Shown: one piece after another, positions 37,798 through 48,581 of the stretch
Layout: every line of letters begins with the position of its first letter
Position numbering within the stretch: position 1 is the stretch's first letter
NCBI GenBank assembly: GCA_002269645.1
Contig: NIVC01003988.1
Coordinates: 2,200 to 66,199 of the forward strand
DNA length: 64,000 nt
Direction of reading: 5' to 3'
Source of the DNA: Macrostomum lignano
Lineage: Eukaryota
Position numbers and translations under genes: made by a program
The notes under the pieces: generated by a model
Told to the model about the DNA's origin: nothing
Database searches by the model: none
What the model saw: the letters and a program-made list of their open reading frames with translations, nothing else

Positions 37798-38263
37798 CAA
37801 TGTCACAGCCAATATGGTGCTATTGGACGCAAAAGCTGTCACGTGACTTGCCACAGCCAATTTGCTGCTATTGGACGCAAAAGCTGTCACGTGACTTGCC
37901 ACAGCCAATATGCTGCTATTGGATGATGCAACAGCTGTCACGTGACTTGCCACAGCCAATATGCTGCTATTGGATGACGCAACACCTGTCACGTGACTTG
38001 CCACAGCCATATGCTGCTATTGGATGACGCAACAACTGTCACTGTCACGTGACTTGCCATAGCCAATATTCTGCTACGAGTATTGGATGATGCAACAGCT
38101 GTCACGTGACTTGCCACAGCCAATATGCTGCTATTGGATGATGCAACAGCTGTCACGTGACTTGCCACAGCCAATATGCTGCTTTTGGATGATGCAACAG
38201 CTGTCACGTGACTTGCCACAGCCAATATGCTGCTATTTGATGATGCAACTGTTGTCACGTGAC
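37798..38263. repeat. 48-51-bp minisatellite containing the palindrome GTCACGTGAC and an inverted CCAAT...ATTGG pair
   Basis: 9 copies of GTCACGTGAC between about 37837 and 38263. Confidence 0.93.
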
Positions 38264-38517
38264 TAGTATGAGGCCCACAAGAAACAATACGCTGTAGCAT
38301 GGTAATAGCAGTAGTATACAAAGCTGACATACTTGATAGAAGTTTACATGTGTCAATATGAAAGGTTAGCCTGCCATGGAATGAATCTTCCTCACTATAG
38401 ATGAACAGAGACGATAAGCTCGTAGGAGAAATACACGAGCTATGGGAAGAACAGTGGCTTTGCTCGAGTTTTAGCTCTGAATTTTAAACAGTTTTTTAAT
38501 CTTCACGCACTCTGCCG

Positions 38518-38940
38518 TCACCGCGACTGCGGCCTCCGTGTGGGCGACTTCCACCAATCCCAGGTGGCAATGGCCGAGTCCGACGCCGCATCCCCCTCAG
38601 CATCTTGAGCGCCGGCGCAAGAGAGCTCCACGGTGAGCAGGTCGCAGTCTTGCGACAGGCTGACTGTCAGGCTCTGGCCCAGCCTGTTGATGGCCCGGCT
38701 GGACCGGAACTGCTGCGAGCCGTGCGGCAGGTAGGGAAAGTCCGAGATGGGCAGCGGAGGTGGAGGCGTTGACGGCGGCGGCGGCGGCTGCGAAGGCTGC
38801 GGAGGCGGCGTCGGGACAGGCCGTTCGGCTTCTGCCGGACCTTCGGGCGCGACTTTGGCGGCGTGCCGACGACTGCGCTGAGCTTGTCGGCAGCACCGGC
38901 GGCAAAGGCTGGCCAGGCAGCAACCCATGCCGCCTGTCAT
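38518..38940 (-). CDS. Small Pro-rich orphan protein with an MGCC N-terminal motif (candidate myristoylation/palmitoylation)
   Basis: GC-rich ORF; ATG at 38940 (MTGG) and at 38928 (MGCCLASLCRRCCR). Confidence 0.5.
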   Translation of the reverse strand: MTGGMGCCLASLCRRCCRQAQRSRRHAAKVAPEGPAEAERPVPTPPPQPSQPPPPPSTPPPPLPISDFPYLPHGSQQFRSSRAINRLGQSLTVSLSQDCDLLTVELSCAGAQDAEGDAASDSAIATWDWWKSPTRRPQSR

Positions 38941-38994
38941 GCCCGCTGCGGCCGCCCGTGCGGTGGCCCCGGCCTGAGGGTTGGCAGGTGTCCT

Positions 38995-39590
38995 CACGTC
39001 ACCCTCTGTGTCACCCTCTGGCCTCCTATGTGTCACCCTCTGGTCCCCTCTGTGTCACCCTCTGGTCCCCTCTGTGTCACTCTCCGTGTCCCCTCTGGTC
39101 CCCTCTGTGTCACTCTCCGTGTCCCCTCTGTGTCACCCTCTGGCTTCCTATGTGTCACCCTCTGGTCCCCTCTGTGTCACCCTCTGGTCCCCTCTGTGTC
39201 ACTCTCACTGTCCCCCCTGTGTCACTCTCCCTGTCTCCTCTGTGTCACCCTCTGGTCCCCTCTGTGTCACTCTCCCTGTCTCCTCTGTGTCACTCTCCCT
39301 GTCCCCTCTGTGTCACTCTCCCTGTCCCCTCTGTGTCACTCTCCCTGTCCCTCTGTGTCACTCTCCCTGTCCCCTCTGTGTCACTCTCCCTGTCCCCTCT
39401 GTGTCACTCTCCCTGTCCCCTCTGTGTCACTCTCCCTGTCCCCTCTGTGTCACTCTCCCTGTCCCCTCTGTGTTACCCTTTGGTCCCCTTTGTGTCACTC
39501 TCTTGGCTTTTATGTGACACTCGTCCTGTTCCTTGTCTCTTGTCTCCGTTGTTCACCACTGTGTCACTCTTCCCTAATGTGACTCTCTAA
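38995..39590. repeat. ~23-bp pyrimidine-rich minisatellite (CTCTCCCTGTCCCCTCTGTGTCA)n
   Basis: About 25 units. Confidence 0.94.
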
Positions 39591-39889
39591 TCTCCATTTC
39601 CATGTTTTGTCTCTTGTCTTTAATCTTTTGTAAGGATGCTCTTTGATAATTGCAAGGACGGTCTTTTTGTCAGCTTAATATGCGTTACTAAGGAACCGAT
39701 TCTTTAAAGTCTATTTTTAGACGGCCTGCAGAAAAAAATCCCGGCCGCCTCATCAAGGCTCTGTGAGGCCGCTGCAGCGCTCAATGTTAGAGAGAACAGC
39801 AGAGGGTCGGACCCGGGGAGCTGACTGCGGCCCTCAGCTGCTCTTAGAGAAACTAGTTTTAGGAATCATAAGATTCACAATATGCAAAC

Positions 39890-40197
39890 TCTACAACCCT
39901 ACACCACAGCTCCACAACCTTACACCACAGCTTCACAACCTTACACCCCAATCTTCACAACTCTACACCCCAATCTTCACAACCCTACACCGAAGCTCCA
40001 CAACCTTACACCACAGCTTCACAACCCTACACCCCAAGCTCCACAACCTTACACTCAAGCTCCACAACCCTACACCCAAGCTCCACAACCCTACACTCAA
40101 GCTCCACAACCTTACACCCAAGCTCCACAACCCTACACCCAAGCTCCACAACCCTACACCCAAGCTCCACAACCTTACACCACAGCTCCACAACCCT
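39890..40197. repeat. 21-bp minisatellite (ACAACCYTACACCCAAGCTCC)n
   Basis: About 14 units. Confidence 0.93.
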
Positions 40198-41056
40198 CCG
40201 CGCTGTGGTGCTCCGCGCGTACAACGTGCCTGAGCAGCTGATCTCCGCCATCATGGCGATGTACCGTGATACGACAGCTGCTGTAACAACACCGGACGGC
40301 CTATCGGAATCCTTTGAGACATCCTCCGGAGTACTTCAGGGAGATACGCTGGCGCCGTTCCTGTTCGTCCTGGTGCTTGACTGGGTGCTGCGGACTGCTC
40401 TTCCTACCGACGACGACGGTTTTCTGCTGCGGCGACGCGTGGGTCGACGTCAACCGGAGAAGCGGCTCAGCGTGCTTGGCTACGCCGACGACTCGCCCTG
40501 CTGTCCTCGACCGTCGAGGGCGCCCAACGGCAGCTGGACAGGCTAGTTGCCGTTGCGGCGAGTGTCGGCGTGGTGGTCAACACGCAGAAGACCGTTGTGC
40601 TCTGCCTGCCGGACGACATCGAGGCTGCAATATTCTGCCGAGGCGCTGACGGGCAGGCGACCGAACTCCCGCGATGTCAGAAGTTCGTCTACCTCGGCGG
40701 TCTGGTTCCAGACGCTCGCGAGGACCTGCGACGCCGCCGCGGGCTTGCCTGGGCTGCCTTTCGTTCTGTGAGGGCAGTCCGAGGCCCTACCGGACCGCCA
40801 GAGGGCGGCACTGTTCCAGGCGGTAATCGAGAGCGTCCTGTTGTACAACGCCGAGGCCTGGACGCTGATGGACTCACTCGAACAGCAAGTCGATGCGGCG
40901 CACGCTGGCCTGCTGCGCGCCGCCTTCAACATCGGCGTCGAGCGAGTCACCAACGCGGCACTCTATCGCCGCGCTGGCCTGCCACGTCCAAGTGATCTAC
41001 TGCGCCGTCGGCGACTCCAGCTCGCAGGCCATCTCATCCGCGCCGAGTCGTACTGC
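40198..41056 (+). mobile_element. Internal fragment of a non-LTR retrotransposon reverse transcriptase (RTE-like), frameshifted and truncated at both ends
   Basis: RT motifs GVLQGDTLAPFLFVLVLD, LGYADD, VNTQKT, FVYLG, VLLYNAEAWTL and RRRRLQLAGHLIR across three frames. Confidence 0.9.
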
Positions 41057-42521
41057 GCACTAAACCCCAAGCTTCACAAACCCAAGAAAGGTTTTCAAGT
41101 TTACCTTCAAAGCTCACCTCATGTTCACCTCAAGTTACCAGGAGCTGCAGTCAGTCTGAGCTGCTCGGTTAAACTGGACTTGAAATAATTAAATCAACTC
41201 GACAGAACTAATTGACGAAGCCCCAACCGCGAAGCGAAGGTCCCGCCACAGAGGCAGAGTTGAGTTGCTTGGGACTTGCTTGAGCTGCAGGTGACGGGGG
41301 AGGCAACGCGCGAGCCAGCCGGAGAGAGAACTCACAAGTCGGATTTATTATTAGCGAGATCGGCAGGCCGGCTGAGGGAAGCGCGAGGGGAAGTGCTGGG
41401 TGGTGGGAGCGGAGAAAGAGAGACTGGATGTCGGGGCCGGGCAAGGGAGAAATGCTTGGTTGGGGGGATGAGGGAGAGCTGTGAAGGCAGAGTACAGCTG
41501 CTCAGTCAGGACTCAGGACTCTCAGTGTGTGTGTGCTCAGGGTGGTTTGCGCGTCAACAAAGCCATGGAAACCGGGTGGGGCGGGGCGACAAACAGAGTA
41601 GAGATGGGGGGACAGAGCCCGACAATTTAGTAAATAATTCGTACGAAAAGGCAGTAAAGAAAAAGTTCATAATTTTCTATTGATGCTTCGGTGACTGGAA
41701 TGAATAAACAGGTCGCTCCGCAGGTGCTGGCGTACTCAATAAGCATACAATTTGTCAGGAAGCACGGGAGACTCCTCAGGTTTTGAGTCACTCTTCCGCA
41801 ATCAGGCTAATCTGCCCTAAAGCCAGAAAGTAATTGATTGAGCGATCGACGGTCTCATGGGCCTTGACAAGGTCAACATCGGTCTTTAAGCGGAAATGGA
41901 CGCTGGTTCGAGTCTGCACTCCTTCCAAAAGCTTTTCTTCGATATGGTAAAAAGTATAATACGCAACATATCGTTTATTTGGAGTGCTGTCTCTGTCTCA
42001 TGAGTCTCGCAACTTAGAGATAAGTCCAGAGGCCTTACGTGCTTAGCCAAGGGCAGGAAAAGGCATTCGTCAAGTGGCCCGAGGCGCGGTTCATTCCCGA
42101 CTTGAGCTGTCACTCAACTTTCCCTTCTTTCAGGACGGAGTGGCTGAGTTTCTAAGAAAAAAGGCGAGCATCATCGATGCATCGATTCAGAGAGGCTGTT
42201 GCTTCCCGTCAGTCTCTCAACCGGGCCAAACACCCAGACTGCTCTACTCATAGTAGAATGGCTAGTTTTTGACGCTGGCATGGCGGCTTGGATTAAAAAT
42301 GAGACAAGTTAGAAAACCAGGGTCTGGCCCTCATGCGCGTGGGAGCAAACGCGTTTCTATTCACCGACTCCCGCAATAGTCTATGGCCCGAACCCCCACT
42401 TGCCGCTTTTACAAAGAAGCGCTACGCAATCAAACTACAAATTCCATGCCCCTGGGTGTTCACAAGCGGAACTGGCTGACGGCATCGGAACTCTACCTTC
42501 GATTCATTCGACCCTTGCGGC

Positions 42522-44843
42522 ATGTGGGCGCGGTACGGCGACCCGGACAGGTCCGACACCACCGTCGGTATCCGGATGCAGCTCAGCAGCAGCGACGAGC
42601 TCCGCCAGCAGCAGCAGCAGCACAGCAGCGGGGCCGCGGGAGGCGACACCGACAGCGAGTCACCGCTGCAGGTGGCGCCGCTCCGCCGGCTGCACTACCG
42701 GCACCCGCGCCCGGCCAATCCTGACGACAGCGTGGCGGCCATCCTTGACCGCGCCTCCGTGCTGCTCAGCCAGCACCCGCACACCTTCAGCTTCATGGAC
42801 AGCAGCGAGCGCGGAAGCGACGAGACGACGGCCAGGCCGACTCCAACGGGACGAGGCGACCGGGACTTCTACAGGATCCGGGCGGCCGTCTGCCACGGCC
42901 ACATGCAGGCTGGGCGGGCGGGCAGGTCGCAGCCTCCGCAACCGCCACCGCCGCCACCACCACCGCCGCCGCCGCCGCCGCCGCCGCCCCGCCGCCACCA
43001 CAGGAACCCGGCCTGGCGACCCCCTACGACGCTCGGTCGGCAGCCAGCACTCGGACGCGGTACTTCTTTGAGAGCACCTTTCTGAGCAGCCTGCCCGTAG
43101 CCGCGGCCAAGGAGGCCTCGGAGAGCTCGCCGACTGAGGTCTGCACGCCGTTGCAGCCGCCGCCAGTCGCCGACTCGGCGACAGTTGGCACCGCGGAGCG
43201 GTCGCTGTGCGCCGTCTTCCGCTGCTCCGGCCCGGATAGGCCACTCCGGCCGCCGCCCGTCGTGCAGCTGCGGACACCGCGCGGCCGGCCGGAGGCCCGC
43301 GACAGCCGCACGGCCGCCTGCCAGACCGACACGGCCGACCTGCCGCAGCCGGGCTCGGCGCCGATTCGCTCCGACGACACCGACAACGTGGCGCCGGACT
43401 TTGAATCCCTGGAGCCTCTGCCGCCGCCTCCGCAGAAGCCACCGGAGCCTCGAGAGGAGCCGCCACCGAGGAATTCGGGGGGGCTTCGACGCCGATCGGC
43501 CAGTCACCTGGGCTGCCGGAGGGACGAGAGACCCCAAGAGACGACCACGAGAGAGCAGCAGCGGTGGCCGCCAAGGCAGCTCCGGCTTATTGGAGACGAA
43601 CTGACCAGCGAGGATGAGCCGATAGGGCAGCGGGATGAGCAGCCTCAGCGGCAGATGGAGCTGCTGCAGCATCAACGGCCCGAGCGCCAGCAGCTCATAG
43701 AAAGCCGCCTTAGAAATGCCGAGTCCGCAGAGGAGGCCGCCGGAGTTCTTCGGGTTGTCGGCCGACGGCTGAACGCATTTTTCTGCCCGGGCCGCGGCTG
43801 CTGCGGTGCTTCTTCCGCCAAGACGGCGGCTGGGGAGGCGGCAGCGGCGGCGGCTGCGGCTGCAACTGCGGGGACATCGGCAGAGTCGTCTTCGTCAGCA
43901 GCTCGAATCACGGAGGAGTCCGCGAACGACTGGCAGCAGGCGATGCCATTGGAGCCGCGAGCTGACGCCGGCGTCGGCCGAAGGGCGGCTGCCACGGCGA
44001 CGGCGCCGTACCCGGCGCAGCAGTGGGCGCGGCAGTCGGAGACGGCCCGCTCGCTGGTCGCCGAGTCGACGAGCGCCAATGAAATTCTGGCTGACGAGGC
44101 CAGCAGCGACAGCGACTCAACCAGGCGACCGCAGAGGCTGCCAAGCTGGCGGGGCCAGCAGCCCGAGAGGCGGCGCGGCTCGGCAGACACGAACATGAAC
44201 AGCCGACAATCCAGCCGGAGAGACTCGCCGAAGTCACCGACGGCGACGGCTACTCCGGCGAAGGCGGACGGCGGCGGTCTGGACAGCCTCGTGCAGACTC
44301 TGGACCGGGCGGCTCGAAGGCGGCGGCGGCAGCAGAGGCGGCACCCGTTCGCCGATGCCTCGGCGGTTTCCTCGCGTACAGCGACACCGTCGAGTCGAAG
44401 AAGCTGCCAGCGCCGGCCGCAGCAACTTGAGCGGCGGCAGCCGCAGCGACCCTGCGTGGAGCACTGCCGATTTCAAATCTGCGAGGTCACCTGCGAGTTG
44501 GGCAGCCCGGGGCTCGCCGGGACCGACGCTGATGACGAAGACGAGCGCTGCTGACGGAGGGCGGGGCCGAGGCGCGGGCGGACGGCAACCAGTCCAACGC
44601 AGTCAGTAGGCGCAGCTGCAGAAACCGAACGATCGGCAGCGGAGCTTCCGCGACTCGGTGCAGCTCGCTGTCGAAGCGGCAGGGGCGGCGGCGGCGGCGG
44701 CGGCCGCAGCAGGGCAGCGAGGAGGCCCTGATCGGGTCCGTGGCGGAGTCGCTGGTGGCGCTGTCCAGGGACCTGCAGCTGTGCGTGCACACCATCCGGG
44801 ACACAGTGACGGAGCTGCAGCGGTGCAGCGACGACAGTGACTG
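42522..44843 (+). CDS. Large low-complexity orphan protein with two apparent 1-nt frameshifts (in the CCG tract near 42985 and near 44545)
   Basis: ORF 42522-43085 continues in another frame from the poly-Pro tract (PPPQEPGLATPYDARS...FFESTFLSSLP, joining ORF 43151-44554). A further frame reads LLTEGGAEAR...EEALIGSVAESLVALSRDLQLCVHTIRDTVTELQRCSDDSD* to about 44843. Confidence 0.58.
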
Positions 44844-45585
44844 ACTGCGGAGACTTTGCCGACTCTCGCCTTGCGCTCAATATAGTTCGCTCGTAGATAT
44901 ATTTAAGTTTGCCACTTCTCTGTCTAAATAATACATTACTATTGGGTAATATTTCATATCAAAACTGGAGGGACATTCAAAGCTGAGCAGGCGTTGCCGC
45001 TGCGCATTTCGAGCCGGTAGAGTGTAAGCTTTGGCTATGTAGCATTTTTTAGTCAATAAGCCATCACTTACAGTGCTGTTCCTGACTTTTCTTTACACAG
45101 AATTGCCGAACCTGGGCAGGGAGTCTCTATACTCGGGTTCGTAGAAAAGAAGAATTAATCAAGGTGATGTAACCACGCTCTGGTCGCGGGATAGGGCAGG
45201 GGAACTTTTTCGAAAGTGCCTCCTATCGCCGTGCACCCCCTGCACAGAGCTGTTGAGACTCGGCCAGGTCTTCGACCAGGCCTGGAGACTCCCGCTCTGC
45301 TGCACCCCCTGCTGCCTGGCTCCGTCTCCCCTGCCGCCACACTTGCCTTTCCGGAGCTCCCCCTCCCTCTTTGTACCTCCCCCTCTACCTTATCTCCCCT
45401 GCGCGCCTCCCTATTCTCTATGCACTCTTCCTGTCTCCCCTCTTTTTGCCCCTCTTCGCCCTATTTTCCTGCGCTGTCCTCCCTTTCTCTGCGTCTACTT
45501 ACAGTATTCTGTGCGCTCACCGCCACCCCATCCCTTCTCAAACTCCCAAACGGTGACGCAAGTCGTGTGACCCCTTCTTCCCCTC

Positions 45586-46099
45586 GATGACTCATCGATG
45601 ACTCATCCCCCTCTCTTGCGCAACCTTTTCTCACGCTATTGTTCTCCTCCCCAAATATCTCATGCGGCACCCACCCCACAGCTTCTATAGTTCTCGTTTT
45701 TGATTCTATTGTTCTCTTTACCCCCACCAATTATCACATTTTCTCCGATTTTCTCTCTCTATTGTTCTCGTTTTCGCACCTAATTATCACCTTTTCTCCA
45801 ATGTTTGCTTTTCTATTGTTCTCGATTCTCCCCAATTATCCCCGATTTCCAATTCCTTTGTTCTCGACCCCAGCCCCATTGTTCTCAATGTTTGCTTGCG
45901 CAACACTCCCGCGACCTCCCGCTGCGCCAATTATCCCCCCACCCCACCTCCGGATTGCGCAATTCTCCCATTTCTCATGTTGCTATGCCGGTCTCATGCT
46001 TCTCATCATGACTCATTCTGACGTCATTCTGCCGCCAGCCAATCAGAGAGAGGGAGTCATGGAAACGACCTTGGAGCGGCGGCTGGGAAGGCTATATAA
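45586..46099 (+). promoter_or_regulatory. Pol II promoter module: AP-1 sites, CRE, CCAAT box, TATA box
   Basis: GATGACTCATC twice in tandem (45586-45607), TGACTCA 46009-46015, TGACGTCA 46019-46026, CCAAT 46039-46043, TATATAA 46093-46099. Confidence 0.6.
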
Positions 46100-47052
46100 G
46101 GAAGCGGTTTTCGGCATGAGAATCCTCAACCTTGGGACACCCGGTTCCGACCCGGTTCGACCTTCGGGCTCCTCGTCTTTCTTTGGACTTGCTGTCAGAC
46201 GTAGCTCTGACCTATTCGTCTATAGGACGAACCTCTGCCGGTCCGCGGTCTGTTACCGCCAAGTTATCTCCAGCTCCCCGAGTGAGCTCGCCTATCGGCC
46301 AGCGGTCTGATCCCGCCCAGCATCATCAGCATCGCCTGATCTACATCAGCGCCTCGTCGCTCTAGCGCATCGCCGCTTCACTGTCCGCCTGACTGCAGCC
46401 TACAGCCGCCCTCGGTCACTCCGTCTCTCTCTCTCTCTCTCTCTGTGCAGCTGCCGGTAAGTTCCTATTACTAATTTGTGCTCTAATCGCCTTGCTTATC
46501 CGGGGTTTGCCTATTTGCCATTGTCTGATTAGAGAGCTGAGCCAATTGTGATACCGTAACTTTTGCTGTATTTTACTCAATAGTGAAGCCGCCTAATTGC
46601 CTGACTATTTGCCTAAGGGCCTAATTATTAAGTATTAACTAACCTCATCATTATTCACTCTCTCACCATCATTTCACTCATGGCTTGCTAAGCCGTTCTC
46701 CCGGGGTGGCGAAGCATAAGGAAGTTTGGGTAAGCTAATGGCCTCTCCCCGTGCAAAGCTCGCCTGCGAGTGCGTGCTGCGGGGCCGTGTGTGCGTGCAA
46801 TAGAGGGATTAGCGAGTCTTGGCACAGAATGGCAGTAGGAAGGTTGCAACCCCATGCTGACGCGTCCCTTCGCCCTGAGCAATCTAAACTATAGACAGTA
46901 CATGTTCGCCTCATACTACTCTTAGTAATCCAATGTAGAGTATTATATCTCCCAGAAAAGTTATTTAAAATTGTTAACGTACTACTTAAATAGTTGTAAT
47001 TTGAGGAGCATGTATAAGGATATGCGCTGAACCATACATATATTCGAATTAA

Positions 47053-47348
47053 CCAATAGAAAGAGAGAAATCTCGAGCATGCTAATTTTAGAAATCACCC
47101 AATCACGTGCGACCAACAACTGTCAATTCAAACCCCACCTTCAAGTCATCATTTGGTTTGCACTCGGGTTGCACCCGGATGAACCAATCAAAGTCTACCA
47201 GCTACGGTAACCAATCATGCGCTTTTACAGTAGACTAGTTGCGCAACTTTCTACCCTGTCATGCTTGACAGCCACCGAATCGTGACCCTTTGACATTTGC
47301 AAAGACAGTGATGTACGACCTCGAGAGAGGTCTGAACGCCTATAAATA
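47053..47348 (+). promoter_or_regulatory. Second promoter module: four CCAAT boxes, E-box, TATA box
   Basis: CCAAT at 47053, 47099, 47184, 47211; CACGTG 47104-47109; TATAAATA 47341-47348. Confidence 0.5.
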
Positions 47349-48581
47349 CAAGTGGTCCGGAACGGACCCGGAGCCACAATTCCTCCGGAAGGAGAAGAGC
47401 TCCGAAGAGGAAGCCACTACAGGACTTCCTACAGAAGACTCGTCGAGTTCTTGCGGTAAGCCTTACTCATTTGCGCCTGTGTTTTGAGACGTCTCGTTGG
47501 AGTTTAGTTTGAGTCTGTTGAGACTCCTGAGTCTGTCTAGACTCTACTGGTTGCAGTCTCCAGAAGGACTGCCCCTGATAGATCTTAGAAGACTATCAGT
47601 GGTTTCCGGAGCTATACCTAGAGTGCATAGAGGCACTGCTAGAAGGAGTAGGCTTATATTAAACCGCAGTTTGGCGCAGGGTACCCATTGTTAATTTGGA
47701 AGCTTCTTATTGGTCCGAACGACAGATACCGGCCGGCAAAAGAAGAAAAGAGAAACTCGGACCAGGACTACAAGTCGAGTCGAATTCAGGCCTGAACTAC
47801 AGATCGAGATCTACACGAGATCTACGAAGGACTAAAAGAAGGAGAGATATCTCATAAGAAGTCAAGGTAATTGAATACTTTCGTTTGAATTACTGGGTTG
47901 CCTAGCTAAAGAGCTAGAAGTGATTGTTCTTTGATTACCGAAGTCGGGTAATAAGGAACACATCACCAAGTCGCAAGTCAGCCTCGCTCACAGCCACAAA
48001 GGATCCCCTGCTGAGAAATCCTCCAGATTGAGCCCAGAGTTCCCGATCATGCCCCAAGCAGAGTCCCTGTACTCGGCTGCATGTGTCTCCCCTGTTGGCC
48101 TAAATCTCCTGGTAACCATCCCAGGCGGGGCTCTAGCCTCGAGAGGTCTGGTAGAAAGATCTAGGTGCGCCAGGTCACATAGAGTGGTGGCAGCCACTCG
48201 GTCATACTATGACCGAGTGACCAACTATTGCACCTTGGCTACAGGTGGGGTCCATGTGGGTCCTTAGCCCTCTGGTCACAAAGCGCTACCAAAGCTATCA
48301 ATCATGTGGGCGGGACAGTCTGGTGCTGGAGGTCCGTCAGGTCATTGCCCGGTCATAGGCAGCCTACGGTCATTGCCCCCTCTAGTCATGCGTTCGTCTC
48401 TCTACGGAGCGGACAGGCGACAAGGGCGGTTACATCAAAGGACTAAAAAATGATTGCCAAGAGTTACAGACTTCCAGTTCCTTTGCTTGGAAGTTTTACG
48501 GTGTTGTATTTTAACTCTCAAAAACTTTACCAGTGTGTGAGACGAAATTTTGATGCAATTCTTCATCATATCTGTGCAGCT

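Larger units (their letters stand above)
45165..48437 (+). mobile_element. 3.27-kb element with TG...CA ends, 10-bp terminal inverted repeat and 4-bp TSD: probable giant solo LTR (Ty3/Gypsy-like)
   Basis: Left AAGG|TGATGTAACC (45161-45174); right GGTTACATCA|AAGG (48428-48441). No gag/pol ORF inside; internal Pol II promoter motifs point in the + direction. Confidence 0.75.

Noticed and set aside
41213-41624. Possible small solo LTR (TGACG...CGACA, minus-strand AATAATAAA)
   Set aside because: Termini are imperfect and the flanks (TAAT / ATTT) give no target-site duplication.
47711-47725. Primer-binding site TGGTCCGAACGAC
   Set aside because: I could not match it to a tRNA 3' end that I know, and it is not adjacent to an LTR boundary.
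46903-47960. Nested solo LTR (TGTTC...GAACA) inside the large element
   Set aside because: The 5-bp inverted termini match, but the flanks (TACA / CATC) give no TSD.
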